55,896 nt of DNA, from positions 1 through 55,896 of the IMG/VR virus record IMGVR_UViG_3300032233_000817, one strand, 5' to 3'. Position numbers and translations under genes: made by a program. The notes beneath the pieces are model-generated. The model saw only the letters and a program-made list of their open reading frames with translations. It was not told where the DNA came from and searched no databases. This stretch comes from a virus. Its lineage: Duplodnaviria > Caudoviricetes. Numbering within the stretch: position 1 is the stretch's first letter; the number at the start of each line of letters is the position of its first letter. Of this stretch, positions 1 to 8,871 are shown piece by piece.

Positions 1-59
1 GGTAGACCGCCAATTTCATTTACGGGTTTAAAGCCGTACGGGGTTGCTGTTGCTGACAT
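1..59 (-). CDS. N-terminal fragment of a probable head structural (decoration-type) protein, MSATATPYGFKPVNEIGGL..., running off the window edge
   Basis: ATG at 59 preceded by an AAGGAG RBS; PYGFKPV N-terminus resembles genes that precede the major capsid gene in related phages; not in the ORF track. Confidence 0.6.
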   Translation of the reverse strand, partial: MSATATPYGFKPVNEIGGL

Positions 60-76
60 AATATGTCTCCTTTGTG

Positions 77-535
77 TTATTTACCTTTACCGAATGACGA
101 TGTAGCTTTCTTATCTGAGAAAAGAGGCATACGAGGATCATTCTGTTTCATAAAGCTGTTGTCAACTGCTTCGGCTTGTTGTTTCGCTATGTTTGCATAG
201 TGGGCCTTACGTTGTTCAACAAACTCTTCTGGAATTTTACATAATAATAGTCCACCAATTTCAACTCCGTCTTTAAACCGAGCATTTTGGTCAACCATTA
301 TTCTCATTTCAGGGTGGTCCGCTAATTTAACGGGCTCCCATCCTTCACGCATTTTTGAAGAAACATTTAGATTATCAGCCTCGTTTAATAGACTAGTTCT
401 GATCCAACGGTATGCCCATCCAGGTACCTTTTTAAACTCAGGTAATAGGGAGGCAGGTTTCCAGCTGTCTGCACGTTGAAAGTCTTCTCTTGTATCTATT
501 TCACGATCTGTTCTGTTTGTATTATCCATTTGCAT
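77..535 (-). CDS. Conserved phage head-module hypothetical protein
   Basis: 152-aa ORF with YRWIR and REGWEPV motifs, coupled to the scaffold gene. Confidence 0.6.
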   Translation of the reverse strand: MQMDNTNRTDREIDTREDFQRADSWKPASLLPEFKKVPGWAYRWIRTSLLNEADNLNVSSKMREGWEPVKLADHPEMRIMVDQNARFKDGVEIGGLLLCKIPEEFVEQRKAHYANIAKQQAEAVDNSFMKQNDPRMPLFSDKKATSSFGKGK

Positions 536-1541
536 TCTCCAATTTTAAAGTTTCTCTTGCATATTGTTCCGGTGTTATACCAAATTTCTTGGCTAACGCT
601 ACTTGTGTCTTCGTCAATCGTACTTTTTTAGGCGCGGTACTACGCGTTGCCGGAGCAACTACATTCGAAGGTTTTGTGCGCTCGGCGGGTTGATCCTCGT
701 CTAGCGTTGCATCCCCAAAGTTTTCTGGGAATCGTTTCTGCATCGTACTATCAATACGACGGTAATATTCGTCAGAGGTAGGACTGATCCCACTTCTAAC
801 TAATTTTTCATGTACGCCTAATGCAAGGCTTGTCATTTCTTCGTCTTTACCAAACCAATCGTTCTTTTCTTGCCAAGCTGCGGCTTTATTGTCGGGTTTA
901 AACGAACTTTGTTCATTTTGTTGTATATATACAGGATTTTCAGGATTTTGTAAAGTATTTTTAAATCTAGGTTCATAATTCTGTGCTTGAGACAATCTAA
1001 ACTGCGCATCATTCATTTTTTCATGCGCAGCGATAATCTTTTCTGTATCCCCAGAATCATATGCCTCACGATAATCTCGTTTAGCTGAATGTAACTGTTG
1101 TTCTATAGAACTCTTAAGCGTTTCAATATAAGTTGTTTCGCCTGAACTTAAAGTAGTTTTGAGTTTTTTATTTTCTTCAGTAATTTGTTGTGCAAATTTA
1201 ATTGCTTCCTGGCGTTCTCTGTCAGCAGCTTCTTTATCACGTCTTTCGTCATGATAAGCTTTTTTAAGCTGCGCCATACGCTGTTTAACTTTACTTGAAT
1301 ACTCCTCTAAATTATCGTTTTCTAATTCTTCTACGATTTCTTTAGGTAAAGGTTCTTTATTTTTATCTGCGGGAGGCGTATCGTCTTCAATTTCAAGATC
1401 AATGTCATCTGCTTTTGTTTCTACTTTAACTTCATTTTTTTCATTTTGAGTGAAAACTTCTTTTTCTTCAGATACTTTAGTACCCGGTATTTCATCATCT
1501 GGATATTCAAAAACAATATCTCCGTCTTTTACGTCAGCCAT
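522..1541 (-). CDS. Probable capsid scaffolding protein
   Basis: Acidic N-terminus, long coiled coil, C-terminal LTxxQVALAKKFGITPEQYA helix. Start moved to MADVKD (1541) because of an AGGAG RBS. Confidence 0.7.
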   Translation of the reverse strand: MADVKDGDIVFEYPDDEIPGTKVSEEKEVFTQNEKNEVKVETKADDIDLEIEDDTPPADKNKEPLPKEIVEELENDNLEEYSSKVKQRMAQLKKAYHDERRDKEAADRERQEAIKFAQQITEENKKLKTTLSSGETTYIETLKSSIEQQLHSAKRDYREAYDSGDTEKIIAAHEKMNDAQFRLSQAQNYEPRFKNTLQNPENPVYIQQNEQSSFKPDNKAAAWQEKNDWFGKDEEMTSLALGVHEKLVRSGISPTSDEYYRRIDSTMQKRFPENFGDATLDEDQPAERTKPSNVVAPATRSTAPKKVRLTKTQVALAKKFGITPEQYARETLKLENANG

Positions 1542-1551
1542 TTTAGTTCTC

Positions 1552-1998
1552 CTATGCGCGAGTATAGCCGCGAGGATCAGCAACAACCCCCTCAACTGTA
1601 TCGTCGTTAATAATGCGGAATTCTCTTCCGTGAATTTTAAATCTAGTACCCGCGTATGCACGCGTTAAAACAAAATCACCTTCTTTACACCACGGACCAG
1701 TAGGAAATCTTGCTTCATCTTTATAAGCTAAATCACCTACTTTAACTACAAACAAAACTACAGTTGAATGTTCTTCTATAGTTCTAGTTGAATCTGCTTT
1801 GACAATACCGCCTTGATAAGTTTCTGAAGCATCTGGAATTGCACAAAGTATTTTGTATCCTTTAGGTTCTGGTAACTGTAAACCCCGTTCTTCGATAGGT
1901 ATATCTTCTACTTCTACTGCATCTACCGATGGAATATTAATTGGTCGACCAGCAGCATCAACTAAATTTTTATTCATTGTGAGTATTTGTTCACTCAT
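1552..1998 (-). CDS. groES: GroES-like co-chaperonin
   Basis: PxGYKIL, GGIV, VVKVGDLAY, GDFV, G+EFRIINDD..GVV pattern of Cpn10. Confidence 0.85.
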   Translation of the reverse strand: MSEQILTMNKNLVDAAGRPINIPSVDAVEVEDIPIEERGLQLPEPKGYKILCAIPDASETYQGGIVKADSTRTIEEHSTVVLFVVKVGDLAYKDEARFPTGPWCKEGDFVLTRAYAGTRFKIHGREFRIINDDTVEGVVADPRGYTRA

Positions 1999-2185
1999 CT
2001 GAGTTCTCCATCGTATTTATAATGTCAGCAATAATACCTTGTATGGTATCGCAAGCTCTTATATATCCGACAGCAGATTGATAATGCGCATAATCTTTCG
2101 CAGAACCTTCAGCAATTGAACCTAATACTTCTTTGCGTCTTTCAGCTATCTTGTTGATCAATAGCTCTAACGTTGGGTCTATCAT
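1991..2185 (-). CDS. Small hypothetical protein between portal and groES
   Basis: 64-aa ORF, GSAKDYAHYQ..VG motif, overlapping stop/start. Confidence 0.6.
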   Translation of the reverse strand: MIDPTLELLINKIAERRKEVLGSIAEGSAKDYAHYQSAVGYIRACDTIQGIIADIINTMENSDE

Positions 2186-2188
2186 TTA

Positions 2189-4621
2189 CTACTCCTTTGG
2201 TTGTTGTTTATCCTTTTGTTGTACTGCTTGGACACCTATTTTAGCGCCCTCTATAAATTGTTTAGTTTCTAGTTCTTTATTAGCCATTACAGAATCTACA
2301 CCTAACTGAGCGCCAGCAATTCTTTCTTGGGACTCAATACGCATCTTATCAAGTTCAAGTCTAGCTTGATCTGCTTGAATATCTGCCATAGTTTTTTGCT
2401 GTTTGATTTGTAAATCTTGTGCTTTAAGTTGTAACTCTTGTTGTTGCATTTGTATAATTGGATCTTGTTGCTGTTGTTGAGCTTGTTCTTGTTGAACCTC
2501 AGCCGCACTCTTAGCCGCAAGTTTTTTACCTGCTTCTGCCATAAGTTTAGATAGTTCAAACTCTATATCTTCTGGTAATGTTTCGTCAGGTTTAGGTAAT
2601 GGAACACCTAACTGTTCTTCGAGTTGTTTTCTATATTCGAATGCTACATGCTCATTAATGTGTGCCATAGCTGCAGCTTGAATTACGCCTGCTTGTGGAT
2701 TTTGTCCTACCATTTGTTGAATCTTAGGATCTTGCATAGCTGCCATATGAACAGAAATATGAGCTTGATGATCTTGATAAATAAATGCTTTAACAGGTTT
2801 ACCATTGATAATGTTCATATTTTCTGACACAGGATCTTTTGGTTTTTGATCATCAGCCGATGGTATGAGTTTTCCAATATTTTTAACACCAAGCACCTCT
2901 AACATCTGTTTATTAAGTTCAGGCAAATCATAAATTTGTGGATTAGCTTGAGCCATTTGCATCACTGCTTGATACTGCACAACTTTTTGTGACATCGTGG
3001 CAGCATTAGGATCACTTACTGGAATAACATCTACGTTATCATAGTCAGCTTGCTTCGCGCGGCGATCACCTACTTCAGGATCATAAGAATACTCTTCTGG
3101 TGTGTAGTCACGAATGATGCCTTTAAGTAATTTAAACTCTTGTTTCATTGCATAGTAAATACGCGCTTGAACTGCACTCATTACTTTCAATGTTCGCTCT
3201 AATATAGCTAACGTAGTACCTACTGGAGAATTAGCAGACATATCTGATACTTTCATATCAGCTGCTGATGCAAAACGACGTCCTTCCTCAATGATTTGAT
3301 TCATTAATTGGTTAAGAACTTGACTTGGTTCTTTGTAAGGCAACGGTAAAATGTTATCGCGTATCGCACCTGATGGTACATCTACGTCTCTAAATTCGCC
3401 TGGTGCAATCGGAGTGTCATCGCCTTTAATACGTAAGCCTCTTGACTTGAGACCACCTGGTAAGTTTGATAGGGTACCCGCGTCAACAAGTTGACGTAAG
3501 ATCATAGTACCTGATTTGGCGAAAGCACCTATCAAATGGATTAAACCAAAGCAATAGAAACCAAAGCCTGGTATGTAACCATAGTGAACAAAGTGTTGGC
3601 GTTTAGATTTTAACTTATCATCTGGATTCCAATTACGACGAATCGCTAAGATAGTGCCTGTGCCTTTTTCAATAGTGACTACATAAGGTAGTGCTATACC
3701 ATCTTCACTGTCGCCATTTTCTAAATCTAAATTAACATGTAATTCAAGAATCTTATAACGATCATCTTCTGTTGGGTTGAAGCCTAATTTCTCTGCAATC
3801 TTTTTCTCTGCTTCGTCAATATCTAAATACGGATCACCTAAATCTACATCACGATAAAAACCTGCTACTTGCAATCTATGTAATTCATTTTTAGTCTTGC
3901 GCATGACATGAGTAACACGCTCAGCTGTTTCAAGATTAGAAGCACCGTAAGGTACGACAATATCTTCAGCTGGAACATACATTGCCACTTGACGTTCTAA
4001 CGATGGATCATAATAAACTTTTTTAAATGCATTACCTGATAACCCAAGACCCCATAACATGCGTTCATGTTCAGGTCTATATTCAGGCATCATGTCCGTA
4101 AGCTGATAGTTCATATCATCTTTTACACGTTCAGCAGCATCTTCTTTTTCTTTTGTTTGCTTACCGATAATTACTGTTTTAACTGGGCCTGCAGCGGGGA
4201 ATGTCTCCATCATAGTTTCAGCTTGGAACTTCACAAGCGCTTCTGTCATCAAGGGGTGGTACACATTGCATGCGCCGGGCCACGGTTCTGTTCTGTCTTC
4301 TACTTTTAAACCTAGTAACTCTAAGCCATCTACATAAGTAGTTAACCAATCTTTTCTTGAATTTATGTCAGCATCAAACTCACCAAGCAAATCACCTGAC
4401 AACTCCGTCAACTGACCTTCGTTCATTTCTTCTGCTAAGTTATCATTAAACTCATCGTCCTCTTTACCAGGCACAATAGTAATCTCCATGCTACCGTCAT
4501 CGAGCGTAACACTCTCTGGGTTTTCAATTTCAATACTTAACGCGGTTGTTTCTGGGTTTTGTGGATCTTGATCTAGTCCCATTGGAGCTTGGTATACACT
4601 TTTATCTATATTGTTTGCCAT
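2189..4621 (-). CDS. Portal protein
   Basis: 810 aa directly after TerL; HPLMTEA, GNAFKKVYYD, GFYCFG motifs; Gln-rich coiled-coil C-terminus like barrel-bearing podovirus portals. Confidence 0.85.
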   Translation of the reverse strand: MANNIDKSVYQAPMGLDQDPQNPETTALSIEIENPESVTLDDGSMEITIVPGKEDDEFNDNLAEEMNEGQLTELSGDLLGEFDADINSRKDWLTTYVDGLELLGLKVEDRTEPWPGACNVYHPLMTEALVKFQAETMMETFPAAGPVKTVIIGKQTKEKEDAAERVKDDMNYQLTDMMPEYRPEHERMLWGLGLSGNAFKKVYYDPSLERQVAMYVPAEDIVVPYGASNLETAERVTHVMRKTKNELHRLQVAGFYRDVDLGDPYLDIDEAEKKIAEKLGFNPTEDDRYKILELHVNLDLENGDSEDGIALPYVVTIEKGTGTILAIRRNWNPDDKLKSKRQHFVHYGYIPGFGFYCFGLIHLIGAFAKSGTMILRQLVDAGTLSNLPGGLKSRGLRIKGDDTPIAPGEFRDVDVPSGAIRDNILPLPYKEPSQVLNQLMNQIIEEGRRFASAADMKVSDMSANSPVGTTLAILERTLKVMSAVQARIYYAMKQEFKLLKGIIRDYTPEEYSYDPEVGDRRAKQADYDNVDVIPVSDPNAATMSQKVVQYQAVMQMAQANPQIYDLPELNKQMLEVLGVKNIGKLIPSADDQKPKDPVSENMNIINGKPVKAFIYQDHQAHISVHMAAMQDPKIQQMVGQNPQAGVIQAAAMAHINEHVAFEYRKQLEEQLGVPLPKPDETLPEDIEFELSKLMAEAGKKLAAKSAAEVQQEQAQQQQQDPIIQMQQQELQLKAQDLQIKQQKTMADIQADQARLELDKMRIESQERIAGAQLGVDSVMANKELETKQFIEGAKIGVQAVQQKDKQQPKE

Positions 4622-4630
4622 ATGTTATCC

Positions 4631-6172
4631 TTATATTGCGTATAATCTGTTTCGTGAACTTCTAAATCCTGGTATATCTTCAGCTTCATCACTAGGTAAT
4701 CTAATAAAGCCACCTTGTCTAAACCTCATTAATGCTAGTGTCGTGCTGTCCACCAAGTCATCATTCGCACCGCTAGGAAAATCATTACATTCTTCTATGA
4801 CTTCTTTTGCCCACCGTCTATCAGGTGCCCATACTATACCACTTCTAAATAAATCAGAAATTGCATTGACTCGACTGATCTTATCTTGTCCTTTACCTGG
4901 TGTAAATTCACCAATAGGTAGCCCCATTCTGCGCATTTCTTGATAAAGTGCGGCTCCATTAGACTTTTTTTCTACCATAAACGCATCGGGCTCCCATTCC
5001 TTGTACTCAGCTAGTACAAGTTCTTTGAGATCAGGGAATTCTAATCGTTTTTTAATTGAATTTAGCAATATTATATTATAGTTATTGACTTCTTCGTTAA
5101 AAAAGACGCCCCAAGTTGTTAAAGCGTTGTAATCTGCCCTATTATTTGTTTCTTGTGCCGCATCTAGGCTCATAATAGTGAATTCGCAATCGGGAGGGTC
5201 TTCTTTTTCCCATATTTTCCACCATTCTCTTTTAATTAAAGCGCCTTCTTCTGATACTGGGTTTTGTAAGTACTGCGCATTCCAATATCGTGTATCTAGT
5301 GCAGCTTTTTTAGCCAGTAATTCTTCTAAACTCCAAAATTCTGGCCATAATGGTTTTTCAGTCCCGTTTTTATCTTCAATAATAGCAGGAAACTCAATAA
5401 CTTCCCACTCATCTACGCCTTCTTGCTTTATCATTTGATTAACTATTTGGCCGGTTAAGTCTAGCTTAGACCAACGAGTCATAACTACAATGATCGCACC
5501 GCCTGGCATAAGACGTTGAATTGGACCAGACTGAAACCACTCCCAAGCAGGGAGAAAAACATCAGCTCTTCCAAGTTTAGCATCCTGTTCAGAGTGTGGG
5601 TCATCAATGATAAACAAATCAGCCCCACGACCAGCGAGGGCACCACCCACACCAATAGCAAAATATTCTCCATTAAAATTTGTTCCCCATCGTGAAGCAG
5701 ATTTACTGTCTGCTTGTAGTTCTACTGTCGGAAAAATATTCTTATACGCGTCTGAGCCCACCAAGTTACGGACACGACGACCAAAACTAACCGCCAGATC
5801 AGCTGTGTGAGACGCCATAATAACCTTTTTGTGAGGAAATTTACCGAGGAACCATGCAGGCGCAAGATATGAAATAAGCTCTGACTTACCATGTCTCGGT
5901 GCAATGTTAACAATAACTCGTTTCTTCTTTCCCGCAGCAATATCTTCAAATATCTTAGCCAACCTTGCATGATGCTCTCCTACCATATATCCTGGATAAA
6001 CGTGATGTATAAAATCTAAAAAAGTTTCTTTACCAGACTTCTCAACGACTTTGCTTGTATATACTTTAAGAAGTCTTTGAAGTTTAACTTTGTCTGCTGG
6101 CTCCGCTATTTGAAAGAGCGCCTCTAGTTCCTCAATTTCTTTTTTAGTTATTGTTAGTTTTGGTTCTAGCAT
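4631..6172 (-). CDS. terL: Terminase large subunit
   Basis: Walker A APRHGKS, Walker B FIIDDP, VMTRW coupling motif, RNase H-like C-domain (SLD...DDLVD). Confidence 0.95.
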   Translation of the reverse strand: MLEPKLTITKKEIEELEALFQIAEPADKVKLQRLLKVYTSKVVEKSGKETFLDFIHHVYPGYMVGEHHARLAKIFEDIAAGKKKRVIVNIAPRHGKSELISYLAPAWFLGKFPHKKVIMASHTADLAVSFGRRVRNLVGSDAYKNIFPTVELQADSKSASRWGTNFNGEYFAIGVGGALAGRGADLFIIDDPHSEQDAKLGRADVFLPAWEWFQSGPIQRLMPGGAIIVVMTRWSKLDLTGQIVNQMIKQEGVDEWEVIEFPAIIEDKNGTEKPLWPEFWSLEELLAKKAALDTRYWNAQYLQNPVSEEGALIKREWWKIWEKEDPPDCEFTIMSLDAAQETNNRADYNALTTWGVFFNEEVNNYNIILLNSIKKRLEFPDLKELVLAEYKEWEPDAFMVEKKSNGAALYQEMRRMGLPIGEFTPGKGQDKISRVNAISDLFRSGIVWAPDRRWAKEVIEECNDFPSGANDDLVDSTTLALMRFRQGGFIRLPSDEAEDIPGFRSSRNRLYAI

Positions 6173-6794
6173 TTTCTACAATTTCTGCATCTATAATTTG
6201 GCTTTTAGGTTTTAACACTGCCTTCGCTTTTAATTCTTTTAGCATGGATAGCAATTCGGTTTCAACTTCTTCCATCGTCTCCATTTTGTATGTAATTTCA
6301 GTTTTTCTTTTAAACGCATCAACGCCATCGATTTCACCAATAGCTCTTAGGGCTGCAATTTTATCTCTGTCGGTTTTAGCCCCGGCAACTAATTGGACAA
6401 AATTGTTTACCACAAAAAGTTTAAGGTCTGCAAGTTCTTCCACAATCATACAATTAGTTTGTCCTACAAGCCCAGCTAAAAAAGCCATTGTCTCATTAGG
6501 ATATTCACCAAATTCATGTTTTAATTTTTTATTCACCATCATTTCACGGGCAAGTTCTTTTGCTTGCTCCTGATGTTCTCGAGATGGCTGGATATCTTCG
6601 CCGTTTAAATCGGCAAGCGTTTTAATTGTGTTTATTCGGATATTAAGCTCTTTTTCTGGCGTCATATCGGGGTGACTTTGTTTAGAACTTGAAGGCATAG
6701 CCATATTTTTATCAATTGCGGGTAAAACAACAGCGGCATCAAATAGATCGCTTTTGTCTGCAGGAGATAAAGTAGGAATTTTTAGCTTACTCAT
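6144..6794 (-). CDS. Hypothetical protein, candidate terminase small subunit
   Basis: Helical protein overlapping the terL start; assigned by position only; start uncertain (6794 or 6848). Confidence 0.45.
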   Translation of the reverse strand: MSKLKIPTLSPADKSDLFDAAVVLPAIDKNMAMPSSSKQSHPDMTPEKELNIRINTIKTLADLNGEDIQPSREHQEQAKELAREMMVNKKLKHEFGEYPNETMAFLAGLVGQTNCMIVEELADLKLFVVNNFVQLVAGAKTDRDKIAALRAIGEIDGVDAFKRKTEITYKMETMEEVETELLSMLKELKAKAVLKPKSQIIDAEIVENARTKTNNN

Positions 6795-6879
6795 GTGTCG
6801 CTGATACACCTTTGAAATTAATTGCAGCTTTACTTGCGATTGTAACATAGTTTATATGAAAACAAGGTAGAATATATAA

Positions 6880-7224
6880 ATGAAAACTACATTAACTAAG
6901 AAGAACTTAGAGATACTCTACAACATGGCCTGCCAAATGCCGCCTTTTAATAGACTTCCTATGCCCAAATCTTCTAAAGTTAAGTTTAAAGTCATTAAAA
7001 ACCCCAATATATACGGTTGCTTTGATGAACATGAGATGGAAATTCAAATAAGTTCTAACGCTTGTGGGCATTTCACTACTATTTTTCAAACCCTCCTCCA
7101 TGAGATGGTCCATTTAGCTCTTTACGTTCGGGGCGATGAAGACTTCCATGAACATGGTCCTAAATTCCTTCGTATTAAAAACGTCTACTCCGAGCTTTAC
7201 AACTTCGATCCTAAAGCAATCTAG
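6880..7224 (+). CDS. SprT-like zinc metallopeptidase
   Basis: TLLHEMVH (HExxH) followed by HGPKF, the SprT signature. Confidence 0.85.
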   Translation: MKTTLTKKNLEILYNMACQMPPFNRLPMPKSSKVKFKVIKNPNIYGCFDEHEMEIQISSNACGHFTTIFQTLLHEMVHLALYVRGDEDFHEHGPKFLRIKNVYSELYNFDPKAI

Positions 7225-7348
7225 TTTTTTGTATAGTATATTACGCATTTTTTGCGATGCTACGGCGTAGCTATGATTAAATGCTATACAAATCTCGTTG
7301 TATGTAATATTCCTTTGTTTCTTCTATACAAACTTTATTCCCGCCGTA

Positions 7349-7450
7349 CAAAAGGTTAGACCCACCAGAGAGGATGGCAGGTCTAAATAATAATATGCGT
7401 TACCACGAGAGAGGAGGGTAACACGAGAGAAGCACCCAACACATACTATT
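7349..7450 (-). ncRNA. Candidate small regulatory RNA with two CU-rich (anti-Shine-Dalgarno) loops
   Basis: Hairpins at 7397-7424 and 7358-7384 pair fully only on the minus strand (G-U wobbles); upstream TTGCAA-18-TATAAT promoter; no ORF in the track. Confidence 0.55.
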
Positions 7451-7456
7451 GCCGCA

Positions 7457-7486
7457 ATTATACTCATCTTTCAGAAATTTTTGCAA
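7457..7486 (-). promoter_or_regulatory. Leftward sigma70-type promoter
   Basis: TTGCAA (7486-7481), 18-bp spacer, perfect TATAAT (7462-7457). Confidence 0.6.
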
Positions 7487-7629
7487 AATATTTTTTTATT
7501 TGCCCTTTATAAAACATAGGGGGGTGGGTTTCTATATTCCATTTTTTGTTCGGTGATTTATGCATATTCAAATGTATAGGCGAACGTCGGAGTCCCAAAG
7601 CATTTTGGGGTGGTGGGCGTACGGTGGGG

Positions 7630-7658
7630 TTGACATATATGTAAAGTTAGGGTATTCT
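7630..7658 (+). promoter_or_regulatory. Early promoter of cassette 1
   Basis: TTGACA-17-TATTCT; spacer ATATGTAAAGTTAG shared with the next three promoters. Confidence 0.85.
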
Positions 7659-7701
7659 GGTTTCATGCCTAGTAAGTTCTAGGTACACACGGAGAAACAG
7701 A

Positions 7702-7914
7702 ATGAAACTATCACACAGTCAAGTATTGTTACTAATCAATACAATCAATCCAACTGTAGAATACTATGGGGAACTCAAAGATGATGTAAGTATGGATCGA
7801 TACATCGAGTTACTAAAACTACAGGAACAACTTGAGAAGTTCTACATGCAAGAGATAGGTAAGGCTCAGATTAGGATTCAGGCTAAGAGTAAGATGCAAT
7901 GGAGAACAATATGA
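7702..7914 (+). CDS. Early hypothetical protein (cassette 1)
   Basis: 70-aa ORF with CACGGAGAA leader. Confidence 0.7.
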   Translation: MKLSHSQVLLLINTINPTVEYYGELKDDVSMDRYIELLKLQEQLEKFYMQEIGKAQIRIQAKSKMQWRTI

Positions 7915-8063
7915 GACAAACAATTAGATTCTTAGAAGGTCTAGTCATGTTAATGGTTGGTGGTATTGCATTGTTTTATCTACATCTGCCAACAGGTGCG
8001 GCGTTGTGTGTAGTAGCTGCGTGTATGTATTTTTATTTAGGACTGACCGAAGAAGTAGAGTAG
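7911..8063 (+). CDS. Small two-helix membrane protein (50 aa, cassette 1)
   Basis: MRQTIRFLEGLVMLMVGGIALFYLHLPTGAALCVVAACMYFYLGLTEEVE; GGAG RBS; ATGA overlap; below the ORF-track cutoff. Confidence 0.7.
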   Translation: MRQTIRFLEGLVMLMVGGIALFYLHLPTGAALCVVAACMYFYLGLTEEVE

Positions 8064-8077
8064 TACCGTGTGGGATT

Positions 8078-8106
8078 GGGAAGGCTTCGGTCTTCCCTTT
8101 CTTTTT
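8078..8106 (+). terminator. Intrinsic terminator, cassette 1
   Basis: GGGAAGGC-TTCG-GTCTTCCC plus T tract. Confidence 0.9.
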
Positions 8107-8110
8107 ATGG

Positions 8111-8129
8111 GAACGGGTATCAAAGGGCT
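8111..8129 (+). repeat. 19-bp cassette-boundary motif, copy 1
   Basis: GAACGGGTATCAAAGGGCT. Confidence 0.95.
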
Positions 8130-8150
8130 AATAGCCAGCCAAAAAATTAG

Positions 8151-8179
8151 TTGAGTAATATGTAAAGTTAGAGTAGTAT
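8151..8179 (+). promoter_or_regulatory. Early promoter of cassette 2
   Basis: TTGAGT-17-TAGTAT. Confidence 0.8.
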
Positions 8180-8215
8180 AGTTCTGTAGTACTTTTTAAT
8201 CACGGGAGAATTAGA

Positions 8216-8422
8216 ATGGATAATTTCACAGCAGTTGGAATCGCAGAAGGCTTTATTGAATGTGACGACCGAGAAGAAGTTTTAGCAGCGTGGCAACACC
8301 TAGTTGACACCGGTCTTGCGTGGAGTTTGCAAGGGTGGTTTGGTCGCATGGCCACAAACTTAATCGAACAAGGTTTAATTACACAGGGAGAAAATGATGG
8401 GTCAATATCACAAAGTGTATAA
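8216..8422 (+). CDS. Conserved small phage protein (cassette 2)
   Basis: 68 aa, AWQHLVDTGLAWSLQGWFGR motif; CACGGGAGAA leader. Confidence 0.75.
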   Translation: MDNFTAVGIAEGFIECDDREEVLAAWQHLVDTGLAWSLQGWFGRMATNLIEQGLITQGENDGSISQSV

Positions 8423-8729
8423 CGTAGATAAAAGAGAATACATCGAGCCTCATGAGATTAACAACGGCCTAAAGTTAGTTGAGCAAATAGGATATGAGCA
8501 TTCAACATCGACAGCCTTATTCTTATTACTTGCTAACTCTAATGGGCGTGGTGGTGGTGACGTTGAAGACCATGAATTCATAGGTCGTTGGGCGGGTGAC
8601 CGCATTGTAGTTCAAGGCGACTATGCAGAGGCGGGAGACCAAGGTTACATCTACAACCCAGAGCAATACATTAACATAAGTTCAGACATAGACCATATGC
8701 TTAAAGTTACTATGGGACAGACTGCATGA
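8394..8729 (+). CDS. Conserved phage hypothetical protein (cassette 2)
   Basis: MGQY..VN.DK.EY and GRWAGDRIVVQGDY motifs; GGAG RBS. Confidence 0.75.
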   Translation: MMGQYHKVYNVDKREYIEPHEINNGLKLVEQIGYEHSTSTALFLLLANSNGRGGGDVEDHEFIGRWAGDRIVVQGDYAEAGDQGYIYNPEQYINISSDIDHMLKVTMGQTA

Positions 8730-8733
8730 AATC

Positions 8734-8759
8734 GGGAGCTTCGGCTCCCTTTCTTTTTT
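8734..8759 (+). terminator. Intrinsic terminator, cassette 2
   Basis: GGGAGC-TTCG-GCTCCC plus T tract. Confidence 0.9.
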
Positions 8760-8763
8760 GTAA

Positions 8764-8782
8764 GAACAGGTATCAAAGGGCT
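8764..8782 (+). repeat. 19-bp cassette-boundary motif, copy 2
   Basis: GAACAGGTATCAAAGGGCT. Confidence 0.95.
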
Positions 8783-8804
8783 TTAGACGAGCCCAAAAAT
8801 AAAG

Positions 8805-8833
8805 TTGACTAATATGTAAAGTTAGAGTAGTCT
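8805..8833 (+). promoter_or_regulatory. Early promoter of cassette 3
   Basis: TTGACT-17-TAGTCT. Confidence 0.8.
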
Positions 8834-8871
8834 AGTAAATGCAGTATCTTTTAAACCACGGGAGAATCAAA

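Noticed and set aside
1542-1661. Long N-terminal extension of the scaffold ORF
   Set aside because: Overlaps groES; a strong RBS supports the start at 1541
7358-7431. Plus-strand CsrA/RsmA-sponge RNA with GGA loops
   Set aside because: On the plus strand the stems contain A-C mismatches where the minus strand has G-U pairs, and the clear promoter points leftward; disfavoured but not excluded
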